DNA of 64,000 nucleotides from an uncultured delta proteobacterium (GTDB lineage: Bacteria > Desulfobacterota > Binatia > UBA9968). The stretch is taken from contig CAWERH010000013.1 in NCBI GenBank assembly GCA_963811315.1, forward strand, positions 134,123-198,122. Direction: 5' to 3'. The stretch's first letter is position 1; each line of letters begins with the position of its first letter. Positions 29,146 to 39,609 of the stretch are shown here, one piece after another. The position numbers and the translations under genes are program-made. Under the pieces are notes generated by a model, which made no database searches, was not told where the DNA came from, and was given only the letters and a program-made list of their open reading frames with translations.

Positions 29146-30138
29146 TCACGATTTCGTCGCGATCAAGATCGCATCGGGATCAAAAGCTAGCGGACTCGAT
29201 TGCCGCGGACCTTGAATAGTCGCGAAGCCGGCTTGACGCAGCCAGTTGCGAATTTCGTCCAGCGAATAGCAACGGCCCCGGGGTGTGTGAAGCAGCAGCG
29301 CGATCGAAAACAACGCACCCCATTCGGGCGCGACGCGATCCTGACGCATAAAAACATCGCGCACAATCAACTGGCCGCTCGGGTTAAGACTGCGATGGAT
29401 TCGTCTTAACAGAAAGAGATTCTCAGCTGCGCCATGGGCATGCAAAATATTTGAGGCAAACACGGCATCGAATCCGACCGGCAGACTGCCGCGCGTGAAG
29501 TTTCGTCCGATAACCCGAATTCGTTGCGCCAATCCCGAATCTTCCACAGCACGGCGCGCCAGCGGTGCGATATTCGGATGCTCCAGCAAAGTCACTTGAA
29601 GCCGCGAATAGCGACGGCAAAACGCGCGCGCGAAAGTACCCAGCCCACCGCCGATGTCGAGCAAGGTCTTAGCGCCACCAAGATGCAATCCCTGGATCAC
29701 ATAGGGCGCAATCTGCTCGGCATGGAGGTCCAGTCCCTGAAGCAACCGCGCCGACTGCGCGCGGTCCGAAGCAAACGGTTTCTGCGTTCTGGTCCTCTTT
29801 GCCGTCGTCAGGATCGACGTCAAGTCTCCCCAGGTGCACCAGGCATCATATTGAGGCAGCAGCAGTGTTCGCTTGTCACCGGTGAGATAACGCGCCGCAA
29901 ACGCACTGCTGGAATAGCGGGTCGCTTGTTTGCGAATCAAGCCCATGCCGCTAAGGGCGTCGAGAAAACTCTCCCAGCTGTCTTCGTCGCCACCGAAGTA
30001 GACCGCAGCGGCAGCCGACTTTATTTTGCGTTTACCGAGCCAACCAAAAAGATCGAGATGGGCCGCGGTGAGCAGAATTGCGCTGCGCCAGTAATTGCTT
30101 TCGCTTTCTAGTCGCTTGGCGGTCCATTTCACCGCCAT
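29146..30138 (-). CDS. Class I SAM-dependent O-methyltransferase (family 2, plant-like OMT fold)
   Basis: LLDIGGGLGTFARAF SAM-binding motif; dimerisation-like N-domain; start ATG overlaps stop of upstream GT4 gene (TGATG). Confidence 0.8.
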   Translation of the reverse strand: MAVKWTAKRLESESNYWRSAILLTAAHLDLFGWLGKRKIKSAAAAVYFGGDEDSWESFLDALSGMGLIRKQATRYSSSAFAARYLTGDKRTLLLPQYDAWCTWGDLTSILTTAKRTRTQKPFASDRAQSARLLQGLDLHAEQIAPYVIQGLHLGGAKTLLDIGGGLGTFARAFCRRYSRLQVTLLEHPNIAPLARRAVEDSGLAQRIRVIGRNFTRGSLPVGFDAVFASNILHAHGAAENLFLLRRIHRSLNPSGQLIVRDVFMRQDRVAPEWGALFSIALLLHTPRGRCYSLDEIRNWLRQAGFATIQGPRQSSPLAFDPDAILIATKS

Positions 30139-31193
30139 CACGGTTGCGCCCGCGGCCACTCCCCGACCGCCGCGATCTTATACAGTTGCTCATAACCATC
30201 GACCATCTGCTCCACCGAGAATCGTTCTTCTGCCCAATTTCGGCAGCGGGCGCGCTCCAACGAGCCGATCCGATCGAGCGCCTCGACCATTTCGCCTTCG
30301 CTCCCACAGAGATAGCCGCTCTCGCCATGGTTGATTAATTCGGGCATGGAGCCGCGCGGGTAAGCGATGACCGGAGTGCCGGCAGCCATTGCTTCGACCA
30401 CAACCATGCCGAAGGGCTCATCCCATTGGAGAGGAAATAGAAAGCCCTTTGCCTTGCCCATCAATTTTACCACCTCATGATAGGGCAGCCTATCGATGTA
30501 GCGGATTTGAGTTCCATCAATATGGGGCTTGACCTCTTTGAGAAAATACTCCTCGCTCCAAGGCAAATGGCTGGTGACATGGCCGACGATCAAAAGTCGC
30601 ACGCCGGCCTTCTTGGCGATGCGAATCGCTTCAGCGATGCCTTTGCCCGGCGTCATGCGGCCGACAATAATAAAGAAGTCTTCCGGCTTATCGTTGAATT
30701 CAATCTCGTCAGTATCGATGCCGTTGTAGACCACCGGGATCGATTCATCACCGAGCATCTCTTTCTGAGCCCGGCTTACACAGACCGGCAAACAGCGGGA
30801 AAAGTGGCTTCGATAGTATTCGTGCACTTGCTTGTCGATGTAGCCGTAAGTCACCAAGGTCGGCGTCTGGGTAAACGCGCAGAAATAGGGAGCCAAGGTC
30901 GGCCAGTGGGCATGAACCAGGTCGAAGCGCTCGGCCTGACGATAAAGATCGTAGGTGTGACGCGCTTCCAATTCCTTTTCCAAGTAGATGGTCGAATGGG
31001 GATCGTCCTGGCAAGCAATCGGCACCACGGATTGCAAGGTGCAATCGACCTTCGAGTCACCCGAGGCGAACAGCTCCACATCATATCCCCGGCGATTGAG
31101 ATGTTGACACAGATAGTAAACGATTCGCTCGGTTCCGCCATAAGTTTTCGGCGGAACTGAAATGTACACGCTCGTGATTTGAGCGATCTTCAT
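30138..31193 (-). CDS. Glycosyltransferase family 4 (GT-B, retaining)
   Basis: MKIAQITSVYISVPPKTYGGTE...; C-terminal E-x7-E region FGMVVVEAMAAGTPVIA; GGAGG RBS before ATG 31193. Confidence 0.8.
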   Translation of the reverse strand: MKIAQITSVYISVPPKTYGGTERIVYYLCQHLNRRGYDVELFASGDSKVDCTLQSVVPIACQDDPHSTIYLEKELEARHTYDLYRQAERFDLVHAHWPTLAPYFCAFTQTPTLVTYGYIDKQVHEYYRSHFSRCLPVCVSRAQKEMLGDESIPVVYNGIDTDEIEFNDKPEDFFIIVGRMTPGKGIAEAIRIAKKAGVRLLIVGHVTSHLPWSEEYFLKEVKPHIDGTQIRYIDRLPYHEVVKLMGKAKGFLFPLQWDEPFGMVVVEAMAAGTPVIAYPRGSMPELINHGESGYLCGSEGEMVEALDRIGSLERARCRNWAEERFSVEQMVDGYEQLYKIAAVGEWPRAQP

Positions 31194-31440
31194 GGTCAAG
31201 CCTCCGCTCACTATAGCACCGCCATCGATTGCCGAAAGGGATTTTAGTGAAACTAGCCAAGAAATAAAATGAAAATGGCCCTCTGCTCTCAACATTCTTG
31301 GTTAAAAAAGCTGTTAGGAATGCCGTAGATACAAAAAGCCTGGGAAAACTTACCTTGACAACGGCGCTTACCGTTCCTAGCTTGTTTGGTAAACTCTGAA
31401 GTCTGCGCCAAAAGATGACGCGCATGGAGGCTCAAAAAAG

Positions 31441-31872
31441 ATGGCAGGTAACGACTGGGATATCATAGTCTGGCAGCGCGCCAACGATCTGCTCCAACAA
31501 GCAGAACGCATCCACAGAAATTTTTTACAAGTTGCCGTCGGCGCGCGTTATCGCTCCTCGGCGGGAACAACGCCAAGCTGGGAGCCTCCGGTCAACGTCG
31601 TCGAGACCGACACCAGCGTGTGGGTGATTGCGGCATTGCCCGGCGTGGCGCGAGAACAGATGGAAGTGAGTTTGGAAGGACGCGAACTCGTCATCACCGG
31701 CAGCCGACCGCTGCCGAAATGTTGCGAAGACGGAGAAATGAAAATTTGGGAGATGCCACTCGGCCGTTTCCAGCGCCGCTTGAGGCTCGTCAGCAATGAC
31801 AGAACGGTAACGGTCGGGGAAGTTTCTCTGCACGACGGGCTACTGATCATCGAACTGAGGAAAACATCATGA
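31441..31872 (+). CDS. Hsp20/alpha-crystallin family small heat-shock protein
   Basis: WEPPVNVVETDTSVWVIAALPGVAREQMEVSLEGRELVITGSR alpha-crystallin domain. Confidence 0.7.
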   Translation: MAGNDWDIIVWQRANDLLQQAERIHRNFLQVAVGARYRSSAGTTPSWEPPVNVVETDTSVWVIAALPGVAREQMEVSLEGRELVITGSRPLPKCCEDGEMKIWEMPLGRFQRRLRLVSNDRTVTVGEVSLHDGLLIIELRKTS

Positions 31873-34284
31873 ACGCTGAAGAAACCGAAAGCACCAAGAC
31901 CGATACCAAAACCGGCCTGAATGTTCCTGCCGGAGCGCTTGGTCATTATCCCGCTCCGTAGTCGCGTGCTCTATCCATCCATGATGATGCCGTTGATGGC
32001 GCGCAGTGCGGCGCGGCGCCAGATCATTGAGGAAGCCGTGCGCCAGCAGATTCCCATCGGATTCGTCACTCAGCGCGATCCAAATGTCGAAACTCCTGAG
32101 CCTAAGGACCTGTACACCGTGGGCACTGCCGCGGATGTGCTGCGCATGTTCACCCTGCCGGACGGTCAACGCCAGGTGCTCGTCCAGGGCCGGCGCCGCT
32201 TCGAGATCGCCGAATTTATCCAGACCGATCCGGTGTTGATCGCGCGCGTGACCATGGTGGAAGAAAAGGTGCCGCAGACCAAACAGTTCGAGGCGAGAAT
32301 CCTCCACCTGCGCCAGGAAGCGGCCAGGGCCTTGTCCCTCTTTCCCGAGCCCATGAACGAGCTTCGGGCCATGGTCGAAAGGATCGAAGATCCGTTGTCC
32401 TTGATCGATATCATCGCGTCCACTTTGGATTTGCCGATCGCCGAGAAACAGGAAATCCTCGCGATCCTCGATCCGGAAACGCGCGCCCAGCGCGTCGCCG
32501 AGAAGCTCGCCCGCCAAATCGAGCTGCTCGAGCTCAGCAGAAAAATCGGCGCTGAAACCAAAGATTCGATGGACAAATCGCAGCGCCAGTACTTTCTGCG
32601 CGAACAGTTAAAAGCGATTCAAAAAGAGCTCGGCGAGGAGGACGGCAAGGGCAACGAAGTCGAGGAGCTGAGAAGAAAACTCTACGACGCCAAGATGCCG
32701 CCCGAGGTCGAGAAGGAAGCGCTCAAAGAGCTGGCTCGGTTGGAGCGCATGCCTGAGCAGGCGGCCGAACACTCGCTGATGCGGACGTACTTCGATTGGC
32801 TTGTCGAGCTGCCTTGGAGCGTGACCACCAAGGAAGAGATCGATCTGCCAAAAGCGCGCGAAGTTCTCGACGCCGACCACTACGGTCTGGAGAAAGTGAA
32901 GAAACGCATCATCGAATTTCTCGCGGTGCGCAAGCTCATGCCGGAAGGGAAAAGCCCGATATTGTGCCTGGTCGGCCCTCCAGGAGTCGGCAAGACTTCG
33001 CTCGGCCAAAGCATCGCGCGGGCGATGAACCGCAAGTTTGTGCGCCAAAGTCTCGGCGGCGTGCACGACGAGGCGGATGTTCGCGGCCACCGGCGCACCT
33101 ACGTCGGCGCGCTGCCGGGCAATATCATTCAGGGAATTCGCAAAGCGGGCAGCCGCAATCCGGTCTTCATGCTCGACGAAATCGACAAGCTCAGTGCGAG
33201 CTTTCACGGCGATCCGTCGGCGGCGTTGTTGGAGGTTCTCGATCCGGCGCAGAACGCGACCTTTCAGGACCATTATATCGCCCTGCCCTTCGATCTCAGC
33301 CAGGTGCTGTTCATCGCCACGGCCAACGTGCTCGACACTATCCCCGGACCGTTGCGCGACCGCATGGAGATCTTGGAATTGCCCGGCTACATCGAAGACG
33401 AGAAATTGGCGATTGCCAAGGGCTATCTCGTTCCCCGGCAAACCTCCGAGAACGGCCTCAAGCCGGGCGACATCGAATTCACCGATGAAGCGATTCGGGA
33501 GATCATTCGCTCCTACACGCGGGAAGCCGGCGTGCGCCAACTCGAACGTGAACTCGGCGCCGTCTGCCGCAGCGTAGCCACGCGCGTCGTCGAAGGCTCG
33601 ACCCAAACGGTCGTGGTCAAGCCGGAATCCCTTAACGCCTATTTGGGACCGCAAAAATTCTTCAACGAGATCGCGTTGCGCACCAGCTTGCCAGGGGTTG
33701 CAACGGGCTTGGCCTGGACTCAATTCGGCGGCGACATTTTGTTCGTTGAAGCGACCAAAATGCCGGGCGATGGCAAATTGATTCTAACCGGCCAGTTGGG
33801 CGACGTGATGAAAGAAAGCGCCCAGGCTGCCTTCAGCCTGGTCAAGTCGCGCGCCGATTCGCTCGGCATCGATCCCAAATTGTTCAAAAAGAATGATCTG
33901 CACATTCATATTCCCGCCGGCGCGATTCCGAAAGACGGACCCAGCGCCGGAGTGACACTGTTTGTCGCTCTCGTCTCTCTTTTGACGGGACGGCGAATCA
34001 GCAAAGATGTCGCGATGACCGGCGAGATCAGCCTGCGCGGCTTGGTTCTGCCGGTGGGCGGAATCAAAGAGAAAATGCTCGCGGCCAAAAGAGCAGGCAT
34101 TACCTGCGTCTTGCTTCCCGAGCTCAATCGGCGCGATTTAGAAGAAATTCCTCCGGCCGGACGCGAGGGCATCCGCTTCGAATTTTTGAAAACCGCCGAT
34201 GAAGCGTTGAAGATCGCGTTGGAGGCCGACGCACCAAGCGGTTATTCGCCGGGTGAGAGAGTCGCGGCCCGGCCCTTCGCGTGA
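31869..34284 (+). CDS. lon: ATP-dependent Lon protease (LonA); probable N-terminal frameshift near 31915-31925
   Basis: LON N-domain, Walker A GPPGVGKTS, Walker B, S16 protease domain PKDGPSAGV with catalytic Ser; ATG 31869 overlaps hsp20 stop (ATGA) and encodes MNAEETESTKTDTKT in +1 frame relative to the main ORF from 31921. Confidence 0.85.
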
Positions 34285-34302
34285 ACGAGCGGTAAATATA
34301 TC

Positions 34303-36003
34303 CTAAGTGAACGCCCGCTGTAACTGCCGCAAGATACCGTCGGGCTCGCGCACTGCGAGCCCGACGATTTCATCGGCGCGTTGTTGTGAATCGCTATTCG
34401 CATAAATTCTCAATTGTGGCGCATTGCCTGATGGTCGGATGTGCGCGACATCGCCATTATGAAAATAAATCCGCACACCGTCGAGCACGTTGAGCCGCGC
34501 AATCGAGTCGAATCCCATATTTGGCGAAAAGTAATTCTCCAAAATCGCTTTCCGCCGGCGCCAATCGTCGGCCGCGGCTGGTTCGAGAGGCAAAGGAGCG
34601 CTATCCGCCCGGCTGCGATCGAGCACTCTGCCTGCCTGATCAAACTCAACTTCGATGACGCGCCCCAGTGGAATCAACCCGGCAAGAATAGCCTGGCTTG
34701 CGGCAACCGGGAAGTTGTCGATCAAACCGGCCCGGCCAAAACGCGCCGGCAAACGATCCCATAAGGCGGATAAACTGATCCCCTGCTCTTTCGCGGCAAA
34801 CAGGTTGGCTAGAATCGGCAGTACCGCATCGCGCGTCGGTAGCGCCGCCAACGTGGATTCGCCGACCCTAATATCGCTGCCGGTCAAAAAACCGCCGTTG
34901 GCTTCCCAGCCGACGACTCGCTGAAATTTCCCGGCGCCGCGCAACTCGTCGAGCGCGGAGATCACGTAGGGCGAACCGATTTTGGTTTTTTCCAGCAACA
35001 CATTGCGCTCGCGCAAGCGCCGCTCAACCGCGTCGTTGGCGCTGATCGGCACTGCCGCCGCATCGGCGCGCAGGTATTCGGCAACCACGATGCCGAGCAG
35101 ATCCCCCGGCAGAAAGCGCACGCGCTTGCCATTCGGCATGGCACCATCAGGCAATACGGCAGTGACGAGAGGCCGGTCCGAGTCTCCGTCGGTCGAAACA
35201 ATGGCCTGGGGCAACCCGCCACTGCGCTCGGCAGCTGTGGCGAATTCTTCCAGCCGCTCAAGCTGATCGTCGGTGATATTCTCGGTGTCGATGGGAATGA
35301 AAGTCTCGCTGCGCCCCACGCTTACGACGTCGGCGCCAAGCTCGCGGAGAATCCGCGCCAACAAATCCCTTCCCACTGCCGAGTGCTGATACACGAGCAC
35401 GCGCATGCCGGAAAGGCCGCCGCGAGCGAAGCTATTCAAGTAGCGACTGACATAAGCATCTTCGGCAGCGCGATCGACCGCCGGCAACTCCGGCGGATGT
35501 TTGAGCATGCCGGAAGCGTCAAACAGCGACGCCTGCATGGTGCGGCCATACTCTTCGGCTCGCGCCTTTTCTACCTCGGCGATGATACCGGCCTCGTCGG
35601 ACTTCAGCACCTCGCCGCCGCTCTTGTTGATCTTTATGCCGTTACGGTCGAAGGGAATGTGGCTGCCGGTCACCATCACGCCGGCGCTTTTGTTGGCAAG
35701 AGCCCGGGCAAACAAAGCCGGTGTCGGGATCTTGCCGGCGTTCTCGACCTGGAACCCCAAGTCGCCAATCGCTTGAGCGGACGCCCGCATGATCCGGTCT
35801 GTGCTCGGTCGTAGATCACCGGCGATGACCACCGTGCCATTGGCCGGGATATCGCCGGTGGCCAACAAATAGCGCAACGTCCCTTTGACATTGATGTAGG
35901 CTTCGAGGTCAGTGATGTCTTTCACCAAGCCACGCAAGCCACTGGTGCCGAACGCCAACGGGATGGGCGTGTAGTTGAGAAACGAGGGTTTTGCTTGCTC
36001 CAT
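34303..36003 (-). CDS. Phosphoglucomutase/phosphomannomutase (alpha-D-phosphohexomutase) family protein
   Basis: AFGTSGLRG N-terminus; phosphoserine loop TGSHIP; 566 aa. Confidence 0.8.
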   Translation of the reverse strand: MEQAKPSFLNYTPIPLAFGTSGLRGLVKDITDLEAYINVKGTLRYLLATGDIPANGTVVIAGDLRPSTDRIMRASAQAIGDLGFQVENAGKIPTPALFARALANKSAGVMVTGSHIPFDRNGIKINKSGGEVLKSDEAGIIAEVEKARAEEYGRTMQASLFDASGMLKHPPELPAVDRAAEDAYVSRYLNSFARGGLSGMRVLVYQHSAVGRDLLARILRELGADVVSVGRSETFIPIDTENITDDQLERLEEFATAAERSGGLPQAIVSTDGDSDRPLVTAVLPDGAMPNGKRVRFLPGDLLGIVVAEYLRADAAAVPISANDAVERRLRERNVLLEKTKIGSPYVISALDELRGAGKFQRVVGWEANGGFLTGSDIRVGESTLAALPTRDAVLPILANLFAAKEQGISLSALWDRLPARFGRAGLIDNFPVAASQAILAGLIPLGRVIEVEFDQAGRVLDRSRADSAPLPLEPAAADDWRRRKAILENYFSPNMGFDSIARLNVLDGVRIYFHNGDVAHIRPSGNAPQLRIYANSDSQQRADEIVGLAVREPDGILRQLQRAFT

Positions 36004-36098
36004 ACGGCTTATTTTAAGCCGCGCGGACGGACTTCACAATTGACTGACGGCCTTTTCGGCGAGGACTGGGATAAAAATTGAATGGACCCATAGTCCGG

Positions 36099-36845
36099 TC
36101 ATCCAACGAAATGATAGCCGCCGTCCACATTCAGCAGCTGGCCGGTCATGAAGTCACTGTCCGGCGACGCTAAATAAAGCACGGTGCCGACCAGATCGCC
36201 TTCGACCTGCGAGCGTTTGAGGCTGCGCTGTTGAGCACGGACTTTCTCGTATTCCGGATCGACCTGCCGACCTTCGGTGACGACGAAGCCGGGGCTCACC
36301 GTGTTGACGCAAATATTCCAATCGCCAACTTCACGCGCCATGGCGCGGGTCATGGCAATGATTGCGCCCTTGGAAGTCACGTAATGGATATAGTTGGGAT
36401 TGCCGGTTAATGCGACGTTGGAAGAGATGTTGATGATCTTGCCGTGTTTCTGCTTCTGCATGTGCGGCACCACCGCTTTGGCGCAGAGCCATGAACCGCG
36501 CACATTGACCGCCATAGCTTTGTCGAACTCATCAACGGTCATTTCCCAGAACGGCCCTTTCCAAACCGTCATGAAATAGGCCGCATTGTTGATTAAAATA
36601 TCGACGGTGCCGAATTGCTTGACCGTCTCGTCGACCATCGCCTTGACGCTCTCCTCGTTCGACACATCGCAGGCCATGCTGATCGCCGTGCCGCCCATGT
36701 CCTGGATCGCCTTGACCATGGAATCTGCGCTGGTGATATCGGGGAGACAAAGGTTCGCGCCTTCTTTCGCAAAAGCGGTCGCATAGGCTTTGGCGATTTT
36801 GCCGCCACCGCCGGTAATGATCACCGACTTATTTTCGAATCGCAT
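36099..36845 (-). CDS. SDR family NAD(P)-dependent oxidoreductase
   Basis: ITGGGGKIAKAY glycine-rich motif; NISS...YVTSKGAI (Y-x3-K). Confidence 0.85.
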   Translation of the reverse strand: MRFENKSVIITGGGGKIAKAYATAFAKEGANLCLPDITSADSMVKAIQDMGGTAISMACDVSNEESVKAMVDETVKQFGTVDILINNAAYFMTVWKGPFWEMTVDEFDKAMAVNVRGSWLCAKAVVPHMQKQKHGKIINISSNVALTGNPNYIHYVTSKGAIIAMTRAMAREVGDWNICVNTVSPGFVVTEGRQVDPEYEKVRAQQRSLKRSQVEGDLVGTVLYLASPDSDFMTGQLLNVDGGYHFVG

Positions 36846-36903
36846 CGCCCGTCCTTCCGCTTTAATTTCAGTGTCGGCCTCACATAACATCGCCTCTAAA
36901 AGC

Positions 36904-36930
36904 TGTCAATAAAATGTGAATTCATTGACA
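36904..36930. promoter_or_regulatory. Perfect palindrome TGTCAAT-N13-ATTGACA in divergent promoter region
   Basis: tgtcaataaaatgtgaattcattgaca; between SDR start (36845, minus) and NMT1-like gene (37240, plus). Confidence 0.5.
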
Positions 36931-37239
36931 CCCGAAATGCGCGTCCCTATGATCACGGTAATTCTATGGCGCATCCATCGCGATGGTCGAGCAGGCGATG
37001 CAGCGACCCGATGATTTTGGAGCAGGCTTACAAATTTAGCGCCGCCGACTATCTCATGAAGCCCTATCCTTCGATCAAGAGCAGCGAATTTACTTTGCAA
37101 GATCTCGGACGTAACAAACCGGGCATTGCCGAGTTGAACCCGCTGCGTTTTGCCGATATGGATTTGCTCAGGAGCTTGAAGCCAGCGGATTCATCGATCA
37201 CCTATATAGCAAGAAAATCTAGCTAGAAAGGCTATTTTT

Positions 37240-38199
37240 GTGGCTAAACTAAAGTTAACTATTGCTTTTGATAAGTACGACTATCTGCAACCGTTGCGCG
37301 CCGGCGAAGTCGAGGTTGAAGGTATCGATCTCAACATCATCACTGTGGAGAGCGGCATTCGCCACGAACGTATGTTTCACTATGGCGAATACGATGGCTG
37401 CGAGTTCTCCATGTCGTCCTATCTGGTCGCCCGCGGCCAAGACATCGACTGGCTGCAAGCCATCCCTTTCTTTCCGCGGCGGATGTGGGGCCACAAGTTT
37501 TGTTTTATTAAAGCCGGCTCAGGAGTGAAGAAGCCTGCCGACCTCAAAGGTGGCCGGATCGGCCTGCGCAGCTATGAAAACACGCTGGCGCTAGTCACCA
37601 AAGGCATGCTGATGAACAGCTACGACCTCGGTGTCGGTGATGTTACTTGGGTGATCGTCAATAAGGAGCATGTCGGTTTCAAGCTACCGGCGAGCATTAA
37701 AGTCGAGTTCGTCGAAGGCAAACGGAAACTGGAAGACTTGCTCGTCGAAGGAAAAGTCGACGCGGAAGTCGAACCGGATCTGCCGCAGCGCTGGATTCGC
37801 GGCGACGGCAGCGTCGAGCGGCTGTTCCCCGAATTCGAAAACGAAGAGCGCGACTATTACAAACGCACCGGTATTTTTCCGATCATGCATCCGGTTGTAG
37901 TCAAGAAAGAAATTCTCGACCGGGATCCCTGGGTGGCAACCAGCTTGTACGAAGCCTTGATGAAATCGCGCAAAGCCTACAACGAATTCATGGAGCAACC
38001 GCATCGTTTGAGCTTTGCCTGGGGCCGCTCTTATCTCGAAGAAGAAAGAAAATTCTTCGGCAAGGACCCGTTTTATCAAGGGCTGAAAGAGAACTACAAC
38101 GACGTGCAGAATTTGATCAAATTCGCCGGGCAGCAAGGCATGCTCGGCCGCGACTTGACCGTCGAGGAATTGTTCACGGAGAATACTCGGCGTACATAA
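37240..38199 (+). CDS. Cytoplasmic NMT1/THI5-like domain protein (no signal peptide; fold shared with 4,5-dihydroxyphthalate decarboxylase-type enzymes)
   Basis: MAKLKLTIAFDKYDYLQPLRAG... no N-terminal hydrophobic segment; 319 aa. Confidence 0.6.
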   Translation: MAKLKLTIAFDKYDYLQPLRAGEVEVEGIDLNIITVESGIRHERMFHYGEYDGCEFSMSSYLVARGQDIDWLQAIPFFPRRMWGHKFCFIKAGSGVKKPADLKGGRIGLRSYENTLALVTKGMLMNSYDLGVGDVTWVIVNKEHVGFKLPASIKVEFVEGKRKLEDLLVEGKVDAEVEPDLPQRWIRGDGSVERLFPEFENEERDYYKRTGIFPIMHPVVVKKEILDRDPWVATSLYEALMKSRKAYNEFMEQPHRLSFAWGRSYLEEERKFFGKDPFYQGLKENYNDVQNLIKFAGQQGMLGRDLTVEELFTENTRRT

Positions 38200-38317
38200 C
38201 CGAAACGCAACTTGTCATCCTGAACGAAGTGAAGGATCTAGATTCTTCGTCGCTTCGCTCCTCAGAATGACAATCGGCCTATAACGCAGCAAACACCGCT
38301 TAAAACAGGAGGAAGCC

Positions 38318-39412
38318 ATGACTGACTACCGAATCATCGACGCCGACGGACATGTGATGGAGCTCGACAGTGAGCTGCGTGAGTTCATCGGCCCACCGTA
38401 CAAAGATTTGGAATGGCACCAGAGTTATTCTTTCTGGCCGGGCCTGACGATGGACGGTTTTCTCCGCTCGCTGCGCAAGCCGGGCGGGTGGGCCGGTGGC
38501 GGCACCGGACCGCACGCCAAGGATTGGCTGAATTTTCTCGATATCAACAAGATCGAGCTGACGGTTCTCTACCCCACTCAGGGACTCACCCACGGCGCGA
38601 TCCAGGACAAAGATTGGGCGATCTGCATGGCCAAGGCGTACAACGACTGGCTCTATCACAAGTTCATGAAAGTGAGTCCGCGTTTGGTCGGTGTCGCCCT
38701 GCTGCCGATCCAGGATATTTCTGAAGCGGTCAAAGAACTGCGCCGCGCGGTGAACGAATTGGGCATGGTGGGCGCCGTGCTGCCGGCCGTCGCTCCCGGC
38801 GGCCGGCTCTACAGCGGGCCCGAGTTCTATCCGCTCTGGGAGGAGGCGCAGAGGCTCGACGTGCCGGTCTCGACCCACGGCGGTTTGAGCATGCCGGCGC
38901 TCGGCCTCGACGCGGTCAATAATTTCACCATCGGCCACACGCTGGAACATCCCTTTGCGCAGATTCGCCAATTCACCGCGCTGATATTCGAAGGCGTCTT
39001 CGAGCTCTTTCCCAATTTCAAATTTGGTTGCATCGAGTGCGGCGTCGGCTGGGTGCCGTATATGATGGACCGGATGGACGAGGAGCAAGAACGCAAGGGC
39101 CACTACTCGCCGCGCTGCAAGTTGAAACCGAGTGAGTACGTCAAGAAAGGCAATATCTACTTCGCCGTCGAAGTCGAAGAATCGGCCTTGCCGCTCGCCG
39201 CGCAAGTAGCCAACGACAACGCGCTCATCTGGGCGTCGGACTATCCGCACGAGCGCGACCAGCGCGACTTCAGCCATGACATCCCGAACCTGATCAATCG
39301 CAAAGACGTTAGCGACGAGCTCAAGCGAAAAATCTTCTGGGATAATCCGCTGCGCTTCTACCCGCGCCTCAAAGCGAGAGTGGAAAAAGGTGAAGCCAAG
39401 GCAGTGGCGTAA
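38318..39412 (+). CDS. Amidohydrolase-2 family protein (intact)
   Basis: MTDYRIIDADGHVMELDS...WASDYPHER...; AGGAGG RBS; 364 aa uninterrupted. Confidence 0.9.
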   Translation: MTDYRIIDADGHVMELDSELREFIGPPYKDLEWHQSYSFWPGLTMDGFLRSLRKPGGWAGGGTGPHAKDWLNFLDINKIELTVLYPTQGLTHGAIQDKDWAICMAKAYNDWLYHKFMKVSPRLVGVALLPIQDISEAVKELRRAVNELGMVGAVLPAVAPGGRLYSGPEFYPLWEEAQRLDVPVSTHGGLSMPALGLDAVNNFTIGHTLEHPFAQIRQFTALIFEGVFELFPNFKFGCIECGVGWVPYMMDRMDEEQERKGHYSPRCKLKPSEYVKKGNIYFAVEVEESALPLAAQVANDNALIWASDYPHERDQRDFSHDIPNLINRKDVSDELKRKIFWDNPLRFYPRLKARVEKGEAKAVA

Positions 39413-39432
39413 TCGATCCGCTCTGAAATAGC

Positions 39433-39469
39433 AAAGAGGCTCGCGTCCGAAAACGCGAGCCTCTTTTTT
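39433..39469 (+). terminator. Rho-independent terminator
   Basis: aagaggctcgcg-tccgaaaa-cgcgagcctctt followed by TTTTTTG. Confidence 0.65.
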
Positions 39470-39609
39470 GTGCCGTTTGGGTTCTTTGCGGTAATCGATC
39501 TTGTTTCTGTTTCTTTCGTTGAAAGGGCAATAAATTGCGCCCTACGTATGGCGCGAAATCAATAGTGAGCAGGCTGGATTGTTGAAAAGACCGACAGTGC
39601 CAAAGTTGC

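Noticed and set aside
30477-31160. 227-aa plus-strand ORF
   Set aside because: Antisense to GT4 glycosyltransferase.
32608-33723. 371-aa minus-strand ORF
   Set aside because: Antisense to lon.
36966-37226. 86-aa ORF in the SDR/NMT1-like divergent region
   Set aside because: No RBS, no motif; more likely promoter/leader sequence containing the TGTCAAT palindrome.
38300-39277. 325-aa minus-strand ORF
   Set aside because: Antisense to the intact amidohydrolase gene.
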